Notes: generated by a model not told the origin, from the letters alone. DNA of 64,000 nt from Okamejei kenojei (GCA_035221665.1 CM069141.1:60884001-60948000); one strand, 5' to 3'; numbered from the stretch's first letter, positions 25,900-38,418 are shown. Made by a program: numbers and translations.

Positions 25900-26069
25900 A
25901 GATATCTCTCGTTTCCCTTTTCCCTGACTCTCGGTCTGAAGAAGAGTCTCGACCCCAAATGTCACCAATTCCTTTTCTCCAGCGATGCTGTCTGATCCCG
26001 CTGATTTACTCCAGTTTTTTGTGTCTATCGTTCTGTTTAAACTAGCATCTGCAGTTTCTTTCCACACAT
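25900..26069 (+). mobile_element. Penelope-like terminal fragment with decayed hammerhead motif
   Basis: ctgaagaagagtctcgaccccaaatgtc at 25936, followed by the family tail. Confidence 0.8.
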
Positions 26070-26479
26070 AGGAATAGAATGTTTTTGGACTTTATATGCC
26101 ACTTATATGATCCATTTTGAACAACTGAAAGTAGCATCAGCGAGACCAACGCTGAGGACAAAGTGGATTGATACCTGGGTAGACACTGTTGTTAACCCTC
26201 ATCTTGAAAGAAGTAAGGCCAATTTTTTATATGAACAACCAATCTTCTGGAGACCCAACCATTAAGTTTTAGTGTTGGAAACCCTGGAATTATCTTAACT
26301 AAACACAAATTCCTTGCCCCTATTCCGCAATATAATGGGAATCAAGTTGTAAAAATTCCCATTAAATGATCTGGGAAACGCTCTCCTAAAGTAGTGAGTT
26401 TTCTACATGAAATGTTTATAAGAGCTTCCTGTACATTAATGAATTATCATTTACTGAAGAAATAATGCAATGAAATCTC

Positions 26480-26770
26480 GACCGCATACACACAAATATA
26501 CAAATGCTCAAATACACACATAGACATGTTCACCCACATGTACACATCCACACACACTCCAGCACATGCATACTCATTTGTGCATACACACACACAATTC
26601 ATGCACGCACATATCTCACACATACACACATGTCAAACATACACACATACACTCGTACACACACACACTACTGCGCTCACATAATCCCATATACTCACGA
26701 TATACTCGGGTGCACACATGAATCCACACCATTACACCAGACCCCTCACATGCACGGAAGCACATTCGCA
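26480..26770. repeat. Degenerate (CA)n-rich simple repeat
   Basis: Runs of cacaca, catg and cata. Confidence 0.85.
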
Positions 26771-27497
26771 TAAGATATTTCAGTTCCCACAGAAGGGGTC
26801 ATTTTCTCTCACATGTAGCCACATAATACATACTCATGCTAAGTATATGCTAACATGCTAAGTTATGCACTGGACAGTCAGCTCAATATATCCAGATGGA
26901 AAATAATTTGTTCTATGGAAAAAGAACATCCTGGAAGCTTCTGGGAATGTCAACAGCTCCATTAGTTTGTTTATAGGCCTTATCTGTCCAGTGTTTCATT
27001 TATTTTTGCAACTCTCTCCTCCACCCCAAGGTCTGTAGGCATAAATAGTTTATGTAATAGGGGATAACAGCTGGTAACTCCAGTTCTATAATCCAGTTAA
27101 TGTTTCACGAATGTGTGAACCCAAAATAAACCATACATGTTCCTGCTTCTTGTTTGATTTTGGCCATTTTCCTGCTGCATTTATCTATTAGTAGACAGGA
27201 TAACCCGATTTATATGTGAATAGCAGTCAGCAAGATCACAAGCTTGGAGGATTGGTGCATTTTCCTGTTAAGTATTAACCCTACATAGATATACTGTAGT
27301 AAGCTAGAGATGTTCCCTCTCTTATAGTCCTTCTATCAAGTACTTTTGTACCCTCTCTTTCTTAACCCCTCCTGGAAGAGAAGCCCGGCCCTTCCTATTT
27401 ATCCTATCTCAGTGGCTCATAACTTTGTTCACCCACATCTCTCTTTCTTTGAGCTCTTTTATTCCCCAACGAAAACAACCCCAGCCAATCAAGCTTC

Positions 27498-27715
27498 CAA
27501 GATGGCGCCCAACTCGGGCGTCTATTGGCGTGCTAGCCGCAGAAGCAGATCTACAGTCATATATTACAATCGCTCCACACTCTTAAATCTCTATGCACTG
27601 TAAATGGCTCAATTATAATGATGCATTGTCCTTCTGCTGACTGCACGCAACAAAAGCTTTCCACTGTGCCTTAGTACACGCGACAACAAACTAAATTCAA
27701 CAAAACAAACTAAAC
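27498..27715 (+). mobile_element. ~220-bp internally deleted LINE derivative (Rex1/Babar-type ends) inserted in an old minus-strand CR1 (~27330-27880)
   Basis: Starts caagatggcgcc and ends aaaagctttccactgtgccttagtacacgcgacaacaaactaaa. CR1 sequence continues on both flanks. Confidence 0.65.
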
Positions 27716-29659
27716 TTCCTTTCCTCATAACTAAACATTTCCAGTCAGGGTGACATGGCCTTGCATTTCCTCTGCACTGTCTCGACTACATTCTAACCTA
27801 TCCAGTGCTTTGGAGACATAAACTGGACGCAGAACTCGACCTGTGGACTGAAGTGTGGTTATAGCTCTGGTATCACCTCTAATCTCAGATCAGATTGTTT
27901 CCAGTGAGTGGGGTAGAATCTGTTTTTTTTTAATGGATTTTGTGTCAGGGACAAAAGAGATTGGTTCTACACATTACTGAATTCATTTAATGGACATTTC
28001 TGCTCACACAGTGCTGGATGTCAAATAATAATTGATAATCAAAATATTGAAGATGCTGCAAATCTGAAATAGGTACAGCAGATGCTGGAAATCAACAAGC
28101 CAGGCATAAACTGTGAGGCGAAAAGCAGAAGTGTATCAAACTAGTTTAACTAGTTTAAATAGGTCCTTGCAGTGATCCTAAACAGGCATACAATGATGTG
28201 ACTGTCATTTCTCTTCTGGAGCAGCCTTTAATTGTTGCCATAACAGTCATTTCTTGATGTGTAAACTTTAATGATGACTACAAATGAAACAGAAAGAATG
28301 AAGAAAGAACCATTTTCCAAACCATTCAAAGCTTCCTTCTGTATATGTGGGTATAGCAGGGATGGAGTCCTCTTTGAAAAGTGAGTGTGTTTATTTTAGT
28401 CTCTGTTTCCTGCTGTGCTGCTTGTTTGTAGCTTGAAGAATTTGTTGAGAGAGTAATTTGCAGTAGGCTTTGATGTTTGTGCTTTTTTATTCCCCAGAGT
28501 TTGCTTTTTATAAACGTCGGCAATCGGTAGATGTCTTTCTGACTGAACATGAATTTCAAAAAGGAAATGGTAGTTCTCAAAATGTGAGATATTCTAGCTG
28601 TACAAATTGCTGCTCCAGTCCGTTGAAAGAAAATCTTTAAGCTTTTTTCGATAGCATTGAGTGTAGAAATGTAAACAGTGGGACTTCCATGATTGCTGCA
28701 TTTGTTGCTGGTGTGGCTTCAAGCTTTATACAGCGGTCCTCCCTCCGAGCTGATTTTTCCGATCTCCGTATGGGTGACTTCAACAACCCATGAGCCAAAA
28801 AGTAAATTTGCTCTCAGTATAAATTTGTGAGATGTTGGATGAAGCCAATCATTGAACTTAGTTAGGGTGTAGTCCGTGGTCAACCAGCCTCTTAATTATA
28901 CACATGGTCATAGATGACACCTGAATAATTCCACTTGCACTAAGTCTGGAGGACAAGTTATGTTAGTGGAGATCATGCACAAAGTTGACCTTGGGTGTAT
29001 AAGAGCTGTGTCTAATTGCTTCCTCTTCAACGCTCACACATTTCATTACAACTTCCTTCCTGGCGTTGGGTCATGTAGAATCATAACTCTAGGAAGTTGA
29101 AAGGATGTTAATAACATTTATTGATTGACAGGATGAGACCTGGAGATTAGACTTTGAAAGTAAATGTTTCGTCAGCTGTCTCTGAACTGCCAACCTATTA
29201 GCTGCATGCCAATCAGCGTGCTTGTTTGTGCTGCCAATCAGGCAAAGCATCGCGGCCCTTCAGAGATTCCCAAGAGTACTGACTCTTTAAGAGGCAAAGC
29301 CGATAATCCTGAAATCCATTAGGTTAACGCAGCCTGGGGGGGAGGGGGGGTGGCGAATGCCCCTCTCTTTGGACTTTTCTATGACAGCAGCTGAATGTTG
29401 TTTAAGAACAAAATGTGTCACACTCGGCTCTATCCATTTAATGCTGGAAGGCCACATGCCAGATGCGGAGCTACTTCCCCACAGCTGGAGGAGTTCATAA
29501 TGAAAGTCTTCTCCGCAGGACTAAACTAATTCAAAAATAGCAGCTGGATGTAAATGGCAAATATTGCTCTCGATTGGATTATATCCTGACCTCTAATAAT
29601 GAATTGCTTCCAATTATCTCAGTACTTTAAAGAGAGAGTTGATTGCCATCGAGCTTCTA

Positions 29660-29990
29660 CATATCAATTTCAAGTAAATTCTTTATTCCTCCCCACTCCC
29701 CTCTCCCCCACCCTAGTCATCCTATCAGTTCCAATGTTCACATCCTTGTATCACTTTCGTTATCACTCCTTTCCCAGCCATCATGGGCCATATGGGCTCC
29801 ACCCTTCCTGAGGCCATCTGTTGCTGGCCCCGATTGTTCTGGATGTTTTTCACCTCCAGTTTATGTCCACCTCCCTCCCACACCACTACTTTCAGGCTAA
29901 AGAAGGGTGCCCACCTGAAACGACAACTACTCTTTTTCTCCAGAGATGCTGCCCGGCACGTTGAGTCACTCCAGCATTTTGTGTCAATAA
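29660..29990 (+). mobile_element. Older Penelope-like 3' fragment
   Basis: ttcaggctaaagaagggtgcccacctgaaacgac..ctccagagatgctgcc..ctccagcattttgtgtc. Confidence 0.7.
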
Positions 29991-30054
29991 ATGATCCAAC
30001 AGAACGCACTAAAGAGAAACTAGGAGGAAATAGAAAGAAAAATGAGGGAGAATT

Positions 30055-30390
30055 TCATAAGACATGTCATAAGTGATAGGAGTAGAATTAGGCCATTTGG
30101 CCCATCAAGTCTTCTCCACCATTCAATTATGGCTGGTCTATCTCTCCCTCCTAACCCCATTCTCCTGCCTTCTCCCCATAACCTGTGACACCTGTACTAA
30201 TCAAGAATCTATCTATCTCCGCCTTAAAAACATCCACTGGCTTGGCCTCCACAGCCTGGTGTGTTAGATTCCACAGATTCACCACCCTCTGACTAAAGAC
30301 ATTTCTCCTCATCTCCTTTCTAAAAGAATGTCCTTTAATTCTGAATTTAGTCCTAGACTCTCCAACTAGTGGAAACATCCTCTCCACATC
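30055..30390 (-). mobile_element. CR1/HER1 LINE 3' end
   Basis: Minus-strand DVERMFPLVGESRT..RIKGHSFRKEMRRNVFSQRVVNLWN..FKAEIDRFL, with a cttatga-type tail. Confidence 0.9.
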
Positions 30391-30396
30391 TGGATG

Positions 30397-30614
30397 TGGA
30401 GCACGGGGACGTCTCTTAGCGCTAACGGCACGTACTCGGGAATTCTCGCTAACGGCAGGTAAGCACGGGAAGACTCGTGAAGATTTTTCAACATAATGAA
30501 AAATGTCTACGAGAGCCCCGAGTACCGACGAGTGGTCATTACCGTAAATCTCCGAGTTCGAATCAGGGCAAACTCGGGAGAACTCTTGGAATGAACTCGT
30601 ATAGTGGGACAGGG
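30397..30614. mobile_element. Partial Harbinger-type MITE (one TIR only)
   Basis: CpG-rich block ending agtgggacaggg, the same TIR class as the 16264 element. The left TIR is missing. Confidence 0.55.
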
Positions 30615-31159
30615 CGATTCGCATAGTAAGATGTGATATTTTACAAGTGAACTTGTTGAATAAGCAGCAGGGACCTTTCTAATGCACCAACTATTTTAAG
30701 TAATAAATTAGACCCTTTAACACCAGATTCATTGTTGTTGCCTTTAAAAGGCAGTGAGTTATAGGACAAACGTTTTAATTAGCGAGCAGATGAATGTTTC
30801 CTGTTATTGGCTACACTGTTGAGTCTTAACAATTTATGCAGCCACATATTGTTTCCTCGCTGAACTCTTGTTTGCCGTGGGATGCCGAACAAAAGGAATG
30901 ATGCAAATCATTGAACAAGTTCCTGGCAAATACAAGTAAATTAATGTAGGATTAATTTAAAAGGGTGGCTAATGGTCCCCTCTGACTTGGTGGGCTGTAG
31001 AGCTTGTTCCTGTGCTGAATCTATCTTTGACTTCACGACTCCAGTAACTGGCCTCCTATTTCTGATCTTTCAGATAAAGTGCAGGTATGTCTCTTTAAAA
31101 ACATCATTGATTGAATGCCTTTTGAGAATTTGCTTCCAGATAATATAAAGTAGCATTCA

Positions 31160-31930
31160 TAGGACATAGAACATAGCACAAAGAACAGCACAGCACAGGA
31201 ATGGGCTCTTTGGCCCACAATGTTTGTGCTGAACATGAGGTCTAACTGAACTGATCTCATCTGCCTGCACATGATCCATTTCCATCTATTCCAGGCACAT
31301 CAATGTTCCTTTCCAAAAGCTTCTTAAAGCTCATATCGGCCTCCACCACCATCCCTGATAATGCGATGCAGGCCGACACCACCCACTTTGTAAAAAAACT
31401 TGCCCTGCACAACTCGATTAAACTTTCCCCCGATCATATTATAGATTTGCCAACTAGTGTTGGAAATTTCCACCCTGGTATAAAGGTTCTGACTGTCTAC
31501 CCCATCTAGCCCCCTCATAATTTTATGCTCTCTTATTCCATTTAACCCTCCAGAGTGCAACGCCTCGCACTTGCTGGGGTTAAACTGTATCCAACATTTC
31601 TCTGCCTATTTCTGCAGCTGACCTGTATCCGGCTGTATTTTCTGACAGCCTTCTTCACTCTGCAACTGTACCCATTTTGGTGTCAGCACCAAAGTTATTC
31701 ACCCATCTACATTTAAATCTAGGTTGTTTTTATATTTATACCAATCACAAACAGCAAAGGTTCCAGCACAGAACCCTGCGGAACGCCACTGGTCACAGAC
31801 CTCCAACCACAATATTTACCTTTCAACCCTTCTATGAATGAGCCAGTTCCAAATCCATAAGTCATCATGAATCCCCTCTCAGCTTAATTTTCTGCATCAG
31901 CCTACCATGAATGTCCTTATCCAATATTTT
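31160..31930 (-). mobile_element. CR1 LINE fragment (older subfamily)
   Basis: ccagcacagaaccctgcggaacgccactggtcac (VTSGVPQGSVL on the minus strand), KIMRGLDGVDSQNL, and a gggccaaagagcc..ctgtgctgt..ttctatg tail. Confidence 0.85.
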
Positions 31931-32227
31931 TTACATCGACAGCGATAAAGACAGGAAGAGGAGACACAAAGAACTGCAGATGCTGGAATCTTGCCTGGAG
32001 TATAAAGTACAGGCGTAACTTAGTGGGTCAGGCCTCTCTGGCGGTCAGGGTTGGGCGACATTTCGGGTTGGAACACTTCTAGTGACTGATTTTAGCTGGA
32101 AAAGCCAGGAAGAGTTTGCTGCCAAACGATGGTTGAGAATATTCCTTGAAGGCATATGCAATGTCATAATGAAAAGATCTTTGGACTCATACCCACAGAC
32201 CTGCCTGACTGCCACCTCTTGCAGATA

Positions 32228-32458
32228 GAGTCTTAGTCATACAGCATGGCCATTTGGCTCAACCTGCCCATGAGGACCATGATGCCCCATACACACTAGC
32301 CCCACTTGCCCATGTTTGGTCCATTTTCCTCTAAACCTTTCCATCTATGTGCATATGCAAATGTCTTTTAAATATTGTTATAGTCCTTGCCTCAACTACC
32401 TCCTCTGGCAGCTCTTTCCATAACCCACCACGCTCTGTGTGAAAAATTTGCCCACAAA
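32228..32458 (-). mobile_element. CR1 3' fragment interrupted by a Helitron (resumes at about 33814-33857)
   Basis: ..ctctgtgtgaaaaatttgcccacaaa on the left continues as ..taaatctaatctcaccttaaacctatgtactctgg on the right. The same order is seen in the intact copies at 51960-52040 and 63640-63710. Confidence 0.75.
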
Positions 32459-32468
32459 TCTATATTAC

Positions 32469-32633
32469 NNNNNNNNNNNNNNNNNNNNNNNNNNNNNNNN
32501 NNNNNNNNNNNNNNNNNNNNNNNNNNNNNNNNNNNNNNNNNNNNNNNNNNNNNNNNNNNNNNNNNNNNNNNNNNNNNNNNNNNNNNNNNNNNNNNNNNNN
32601 NNNNNNNNNNNNNNNNNNNNNNNNNNNNNNNNN
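32469..32633. other. Assembly gap (165 N)
   Basis: Run of N. Confidence 1.
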
Positions 32634-33324
32634 CTGGTTGATTCCTATTTTTCTCTAAATGCTAGGCCACAGCCTTCCCATTTTCACACATCTTACTCAC
32701 ATTTTCCCCCTGGAGGCGATAAACATCTACCTGTCGCATTTCCACCTATATTTCTGAACTTTTTGATCCCAGAAATTTAAAAAACAGCCCAAACTCACCC
32801 ATTTTGAGAAAGAAAAATCCGACTGACGTCACAATGCACTCGCAAGGCAGGTCGGGACACTCCGGGAGGGAGGGGCAGTCCGGCACCCGACGCCCGAGTG
32901 ACGTCACGATGCATTCGCAAGGCAGGACGGGACACTCCGGGAGGGAGGGGCTCGCCAGCGCTCCCGGTGAATGAGGAGTGGCGTGCGGCTGCAGGCCGCC
33001 TGGTGCCCTGCGGCCTCCCGGTGCCTGGTGGGGAGGCTGCTGCCGCAGGCCGAGCCCGGCGACTGGGCCTGGGCTGGAACCGAGCCTGGAGCTGGAGTGA
33101 GGGCCGAGCCCAGGGCCGAGAAAGAAACCGCCGGTGGAACCAAGGGTCCAGGGTCAGGGACAGTGAAGTCGGAACCCGCACTGGAGCCCAGGCCATGGCT
33201 GAGCTGATGGCTGGAGGCTGCTGCTGGAACCAAGGACGAGCCTGTGTCTACAGCCAGGGCCGGTTCGAGTACGAGAACCAAGCCGAGATCCAGGCCCTGG
33301 CGCTGCTCTATGTCCTGTGACAGG

Positions 33325-33615
33325 GAATGGGAGTGAGGGGAGGAGGAGGAGGGAAATGAGGAGGATGGAGGGTTGGGAGTGGGGTGGTAGAGTGAGATGG
33401 GGAGGGGTGGAGGAGGGAGATGCCCCCTCCCTTTCTACCCTCACTCCCTCCCTCTCTACTCCCCTCCCTCACCCCCTTCCCCTCTCTCTCTCTACCCCCT
33501 CCCTTTCTGCCCGTCTCCCTCTCTAACCCCCTCCCCCTCCCCTCCCTCTCTACTCCCATCCCCTCCTTCTCCCTCTCTACCCCATCCCTCTCCCTCTCTA
33601 CCACCCTCCCTCTCT
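33325..33615. repeat. Adjacent polypurine and polypyrimidine low-complexity tracts
   Basis: GA-rich at 33325-33420, then CT-rich at 33423-33615. Confidence 0.9.
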
Positions 33616-36600
33616 AGGGATTGAAGATGGAGGGTGACAAGGAGGAGGAGGGAGTGCTGGGGGATGAGGAGAAATGAGCTGCACCTGCGCAGTTGGGGGC
33701 TATGCATGAGTGGTGCAATATTGCGTTGGGGGAACGGCTGGAGTTGGGGGAACAGATGAGTGGTGGAATCTTGCGTTGGGGGAACAGACCGAATGGGTCT
33801 GCACTTGGTCTAGCATCTAGTAAATCTAATCTCACCTTAAACCTATGTACTCTGGTTAGATACTTTGAACTTACTCAGTTCACCTGAAATAAAAAGACAG
33901 AAAATGCAGGAAGCATTCATGGAAAGAGGGACATTTAAGTTTCAAGACCAGGACCCAGAGTTAGCAGTACTCCTTTTTCACTGATGTTACCTGCTTTGTT
34001 GTTTTATTTCTGATTTCCCGCATCTGCAGTTTTATTTTGGTTTCACCTATACTGTGTGGAAGGCTTCTGATCAGATGCTGTTCAACAGGGAACAAATGAG
34101 AGTGAGAGAAGGAATAGGTGACATTTTTGGTCTCAATGCCTATCCCGCTGAGTTACTCCCGCTTTTTGCGTCTATCTTCAGGTTTAAACCAGCATCTGCT
34201 GTTCCTTCCTGCACAAATGAGAGGGGGAGACTTGCTGCTGTATTCATCTTGCAGCACCGGGTTTCCAAAGGCATTGTTGCAGCACCCGGGAGTAAAAGTC
34301 TTCTTGCTTGTGCTTGGCTGCAGAGCAGCCCTGCAACAATAGCAACTTGGCAGTCAGTCTCTACTAGAACAATTCACAAATTTTACCAGTCTGGAAGAAT
34401 CAGAGAGCCGCCTCCTGCAGCCTCAGCATCCTTTGAAGGAACTCCATGGGAAGTCAGTGGCAGCGGCCCAACGCTCTATACAGACAATATGTATCAGCGT
34501 TTTTACATAAGGGTGAGTAGCTGCCCAATAAAATAGTAAATTTGTCAACTCGCTCAGTTGTATTCATCAGCTAAAAGCTCTCTGCACCTATAGAGGAACT
34601 ACTCTGTTGTGCAGATCATGTAGCATTTAATTAATAATAGTCACTCTAGACAGAAACACGAGGAAATATTTATTCTCATATTCCCCAAATACCCATTCAT
34701 CCCATCAGCAGTACACCTTGTCTTCTTGTAGAAAAAAGCTCCCACATTATGGCCGAGGATTAATGTGAAAACCCTGACAGTTGGCAAATAATTTATATGT
34801 TTTGCAAACTGCATTTCACCAGAGGATGATCTTACATATCGTGAATGCACTCTGACAGGACTGCTCAGTGGATAATAGCCCATGGTTCCTGCCAGTTTTA
34901 AGATATATCTTTATTTACTTAAACAATGTATTAACCCAAAACAGGACGTGGAATGAGATAATGTGACGAACAATGCCATAATGAAATGACTGTATAGTCT
35001 ACATATCGCTAAAGAACAATCCAGATGTGCACTTCTCTACAAAGTCCACTTAACATTGTTTTGGCTGCAAATACACTCCAATGTTTGTCGAAGAAGATCT
35101 ATCCAACTGAATTTGATACCGAGCATGAAGAGGGGATAGTAGGGTGAGTGGTATAAGGAGGTAGGTTGTAAAGATTGTGTAAAAGAAGGAAAGAAGGTAG
35201 TGCTGTGTAAGAATTCCAGATGTTGGAACCATGGGCGGCTGAGGATAATAAAAGGACACATTCAGAGGAGATATTAAAGGGGTATAGATCTAAGTGATTG
35301 AACTCCTCCTTCATCTGCCCTCTCTTCTCCTTTGGCTCTCCATCAGCCTCCGTTATATAGTTGCCTCATCAATGATTGACTAGACAGAGAGACCACAAAA
35401 CTGACATGTGTATAGAACAGATGGCAAAGAAAGGAAATGGCGAACTTGTTGAGGAAAGGAGAAAGACGGAAAACATAGGAATGTTTCTCCCCCAAAATGT
35501 ACTTTATTTGTGATGTATAATGCAATACATTTATATTCTGCCATTTAGTACAGGGCATGTTTCTCTATTTGTTTATAGAATTTAATTTACATCAGTATGA
35601 AATCAATTATCATTTACATCCATTCCATGAGCACGATGCTCGAGGGGTTTCTATGCAACTACCAGTCCCTAAGTGTTCAATTGTGGAAGTACCTTAAGAT
35701 TTGGCCTTTCCCCATCGTTCTTGGCAGAGACTGAAGTTTCTGTGCATCCCTCAACATATAGTTCTGAACCTTGGAATGCCCAAGTCTACAATGTTAGGTT
35801 GTGGATAGTTCTTTACTCTGAAGACCAGAAAGTGTTGGTTAACCATTGGCTTGACCACCTTCCAACAATTGAGATGGTCTCAATGTATGTGTCTGGAACT
35901 GTGCGGAGAGCATAGATTCAGGGTTGTACTGTTGCACCCGATGAACCTTGTGGGAGACAACTGAATCCAGGTCCAGACCTTGACAAATATAACAGTCCAG
36001 AAAGAGATAGATGATGAACTTATTCCCACTGCACATTCCTTGAGGGCAGTTGTGATAGGATTGAGAGTGTTGCTGTGAATGAAAGATCTGGCTAGAAGAG
36101 TCCCTCTCACCAAAAATGGCAATGAGGCGATGAAGTCTTCTGCTTCATTGCGATTGTGTCCTCCATAATATCTGACAGGATTCACCATCTCCTTTTTCTG
36201 TAGATATTCAGACCCCCATCTGATAACTTGGTGTTCCACTGCAAATCTTCTTACACTGGGAAAGGTGGTGTAGCATTGTCCCCCAAGATAAAGAGCTACA
36301 GCCAGAGGCATCCTACATTACATTGGAAAATGCTAGGATATCAGCATGTAGTTATGATGATAACTTACATATCCAATGTCTATGCACACAAATCCAGAAA
36401 TTTGTACCTCATGGTCCTGTGGGGTTGATTGATCATAAATCTTCAGGTGGAATAGAAGATGGCTTGGGTGACTGCTACAGTGCTGCAGTAGGTATGAGTC
36501 ACACTAACGTCACATAATGCAATCCAGAGAGCATCTCACACCTAATGAACTAGATTATTTTTTGCCACTGAGAGGGAACAGCATTCCCATCAAATCCAGT

Positions 36601-36859
36601 AGCCACCAAAATTCACCCAGCTTTTGCTGCATGTTCCTACTGTTCTGAATGAGATTCCCTGCATTTTTGGGTAATGGGATGTGACAGTGAAATGAACGAA
36701 GGATCAATGGAATTATGTGCCAAGGTACTTGGTCGAGCTCTTGCAATGATTCACACTGGACCATGGAGATCTTTTCATAAAACTCACATTTATTCATCAT
36801 CCTGTAGAATAGCAAATAGATCACAATAGAACAGCACCTGTACCTATTCACATTTACGT

Positions 36860-37410
36860 ACAGGTTTGGTCTCCAAATCTGAGGAAAGACATTCTTGCCA
36901 TAGAGGGAGTACAGAGAAGGTTCACCAGACTGATTCCTGGGATGGCAGGACTTTCATATGAAGAACGACTGGATAGACTCAGCTTGTACTCGCTAGAATT
37001 TAGAAGATTGAGGGGGGATCTTATAGAAACTTACAAAATTCTCAAAGGGTTGGACAGGCTAGATGCAGGAAGATTGTTCCCGATGTTGGGGAAGTCCAGA
37101 ACAATGGGTCACAGTTTAAGGATAAGGGGGAAGTCTTTTAGGACCAAGATCAGAAAAAACATTTTTCACACAGAGAGTGGTGAATCTCTAGAATTCCCTG
37201 CCACAGAAGGTAGTTGAGGCCAGTTCATTGGCTATATTTAAGAGGGAGTTAGATGTGGCCCTTGTGGCTAAAGGGATCAGGGGGTATGGAGAGAAGGCAG
37301 GTACAGGATACTGAGTTGGATGATCAGCCATGATCATATTGAATGGCGGTGCAGGCTCGAAGGGCCGAATGGCCTACTCCTGCACCTATTTTCTATGTTT
37401 CTATGTTTCT
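36860..37410 (+). mobile_element. Young CR1/HER1 LINE 3' portion
   Basis: MAGLSYEERLDRLSLYSLEFRRLRGDLIETYKILKGLDRLDAGRLFP with a (tttctatg)n octamer tail. Confidence 0.95.
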
Positions 37411-37555
37411 ACATGGAAGGTTTAACCTGAATGTCTTCACTCCCTGAGACCATCCTGCATCTGCCTCTTTTCTGATCAGCTTCACAAAACGCTTCTTACA
37501 GTATGTTAGCTGGGAGAGTGACCATCCTTGCCCAACTCTAAAGTAGAGTTAGAAT

Positions 37556-37650
37556 GTCTGAAGAAGGGTCTCGACCCGAAAAGTCACCTATTCCTTCGCT
37601 CCATAGATGCTGCCTCACCCGCTGAGTTTTTCCAGCATTTTTGTCTACCT
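37556..37650 (+). mobile_element. Penelope-like terminal stub with hammerhead motif
   Basis: gtctgaagaagggtctcgacccgaaaagtcacc. Confidence 0.85.
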
Positions 37651-38418
37651 CCTAAATTAGATTGGGAAGCTTTCCTTTTCTGACCCATTAATTAAGGAAC
37701 TGAAATTGATATCATTTTAGAGAGATCCCAATGCAGATTGCTTCCTAGAACAGGTTCAACAACTCTGTGTGCGTTGTTCTTTCAGAGACCTTCTGGACCA
37801 GACTGACTTGCCAAGCTGATTTAGCAAACGTTCACACCCCTTGTATTTCATGCAATCACGCTCATTTTGCTGAATAGAAGAAGGTTGTGAGAGATTTTCA
37901 TGATGGATGAGGTGCAAGTATAATCAAAAAGAATTCCCATGTACTGAACAGACTTGATTAATGAGAAACTTGGAGAAGATATTGTAATCCACATTAAGTA
38001 GTGAGGCAGGTGACCAATTTCTGATCTTTCCCGTCTGCCCTTTGCTTTTATAGGTGAGGGTGATGATGTCCTTCCAAATGCATTCTGACATACTGTGAGT
38101 TGGATATGTGGCACTGTGCACTTGCTGCAGGTCTGGGCCCATCCAGTCTGCACAGGACAAAGCACAAACAGGGTCAGTTTGACCAGCATCAATGGGTAAC
38201 CCAGGCAGACTCACTTGCTAAAATCCAAAACATCAAAGAGAATGGAGAGCAAAGAAAGGTTTACAGATTCTTCATATGTCCGGCAGCAAGGATGTTACCA
38301 AAACATCCTCTTCCTTGCATCTCATGTGAACAAGGGAATATATGGGGAATTTTAGTTTAACCTATACAATGAGGAAGTGATGAAATTAGATCTGGCCCAC
38401 TGTTTAAATTATATATAT

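Larger units (their letters stand above)
32459..33813 (+). mobile_element. Non-autonomous Helitron spanning the assembly gap
   Basis: 5' a|TCTATATTAC at 32459. 3' hairpin cagacc-gaatg-ggtctg (33785-33801) followed 8 nt later by CTAG (33810-33813); an alternative CTAG|t ends at 33820. There is no TSD and the host CR1 is continuous across the insertion. Confidence 0.72.
35780..38340 (-). mobile_element. Degraded Tx1/L1-clade LINE ORF2 with nested insertions
   Basis: KDIITLTYKSKGQTGKIRNWSPASLLNVDYNIFSK corresponds to the RT N-terminal NWRPISLLNVDYKI motif. Around 35950-36120, LVRGTLLARSFIHS and a frameshifted C..C..HLFLDCY..VW match the C-terminal zinc knuckle. Confidence 0.8.

Noticed and set aside
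32387-32780. ORFs running through X residues
   Set aside because: Artefact of the N gap.
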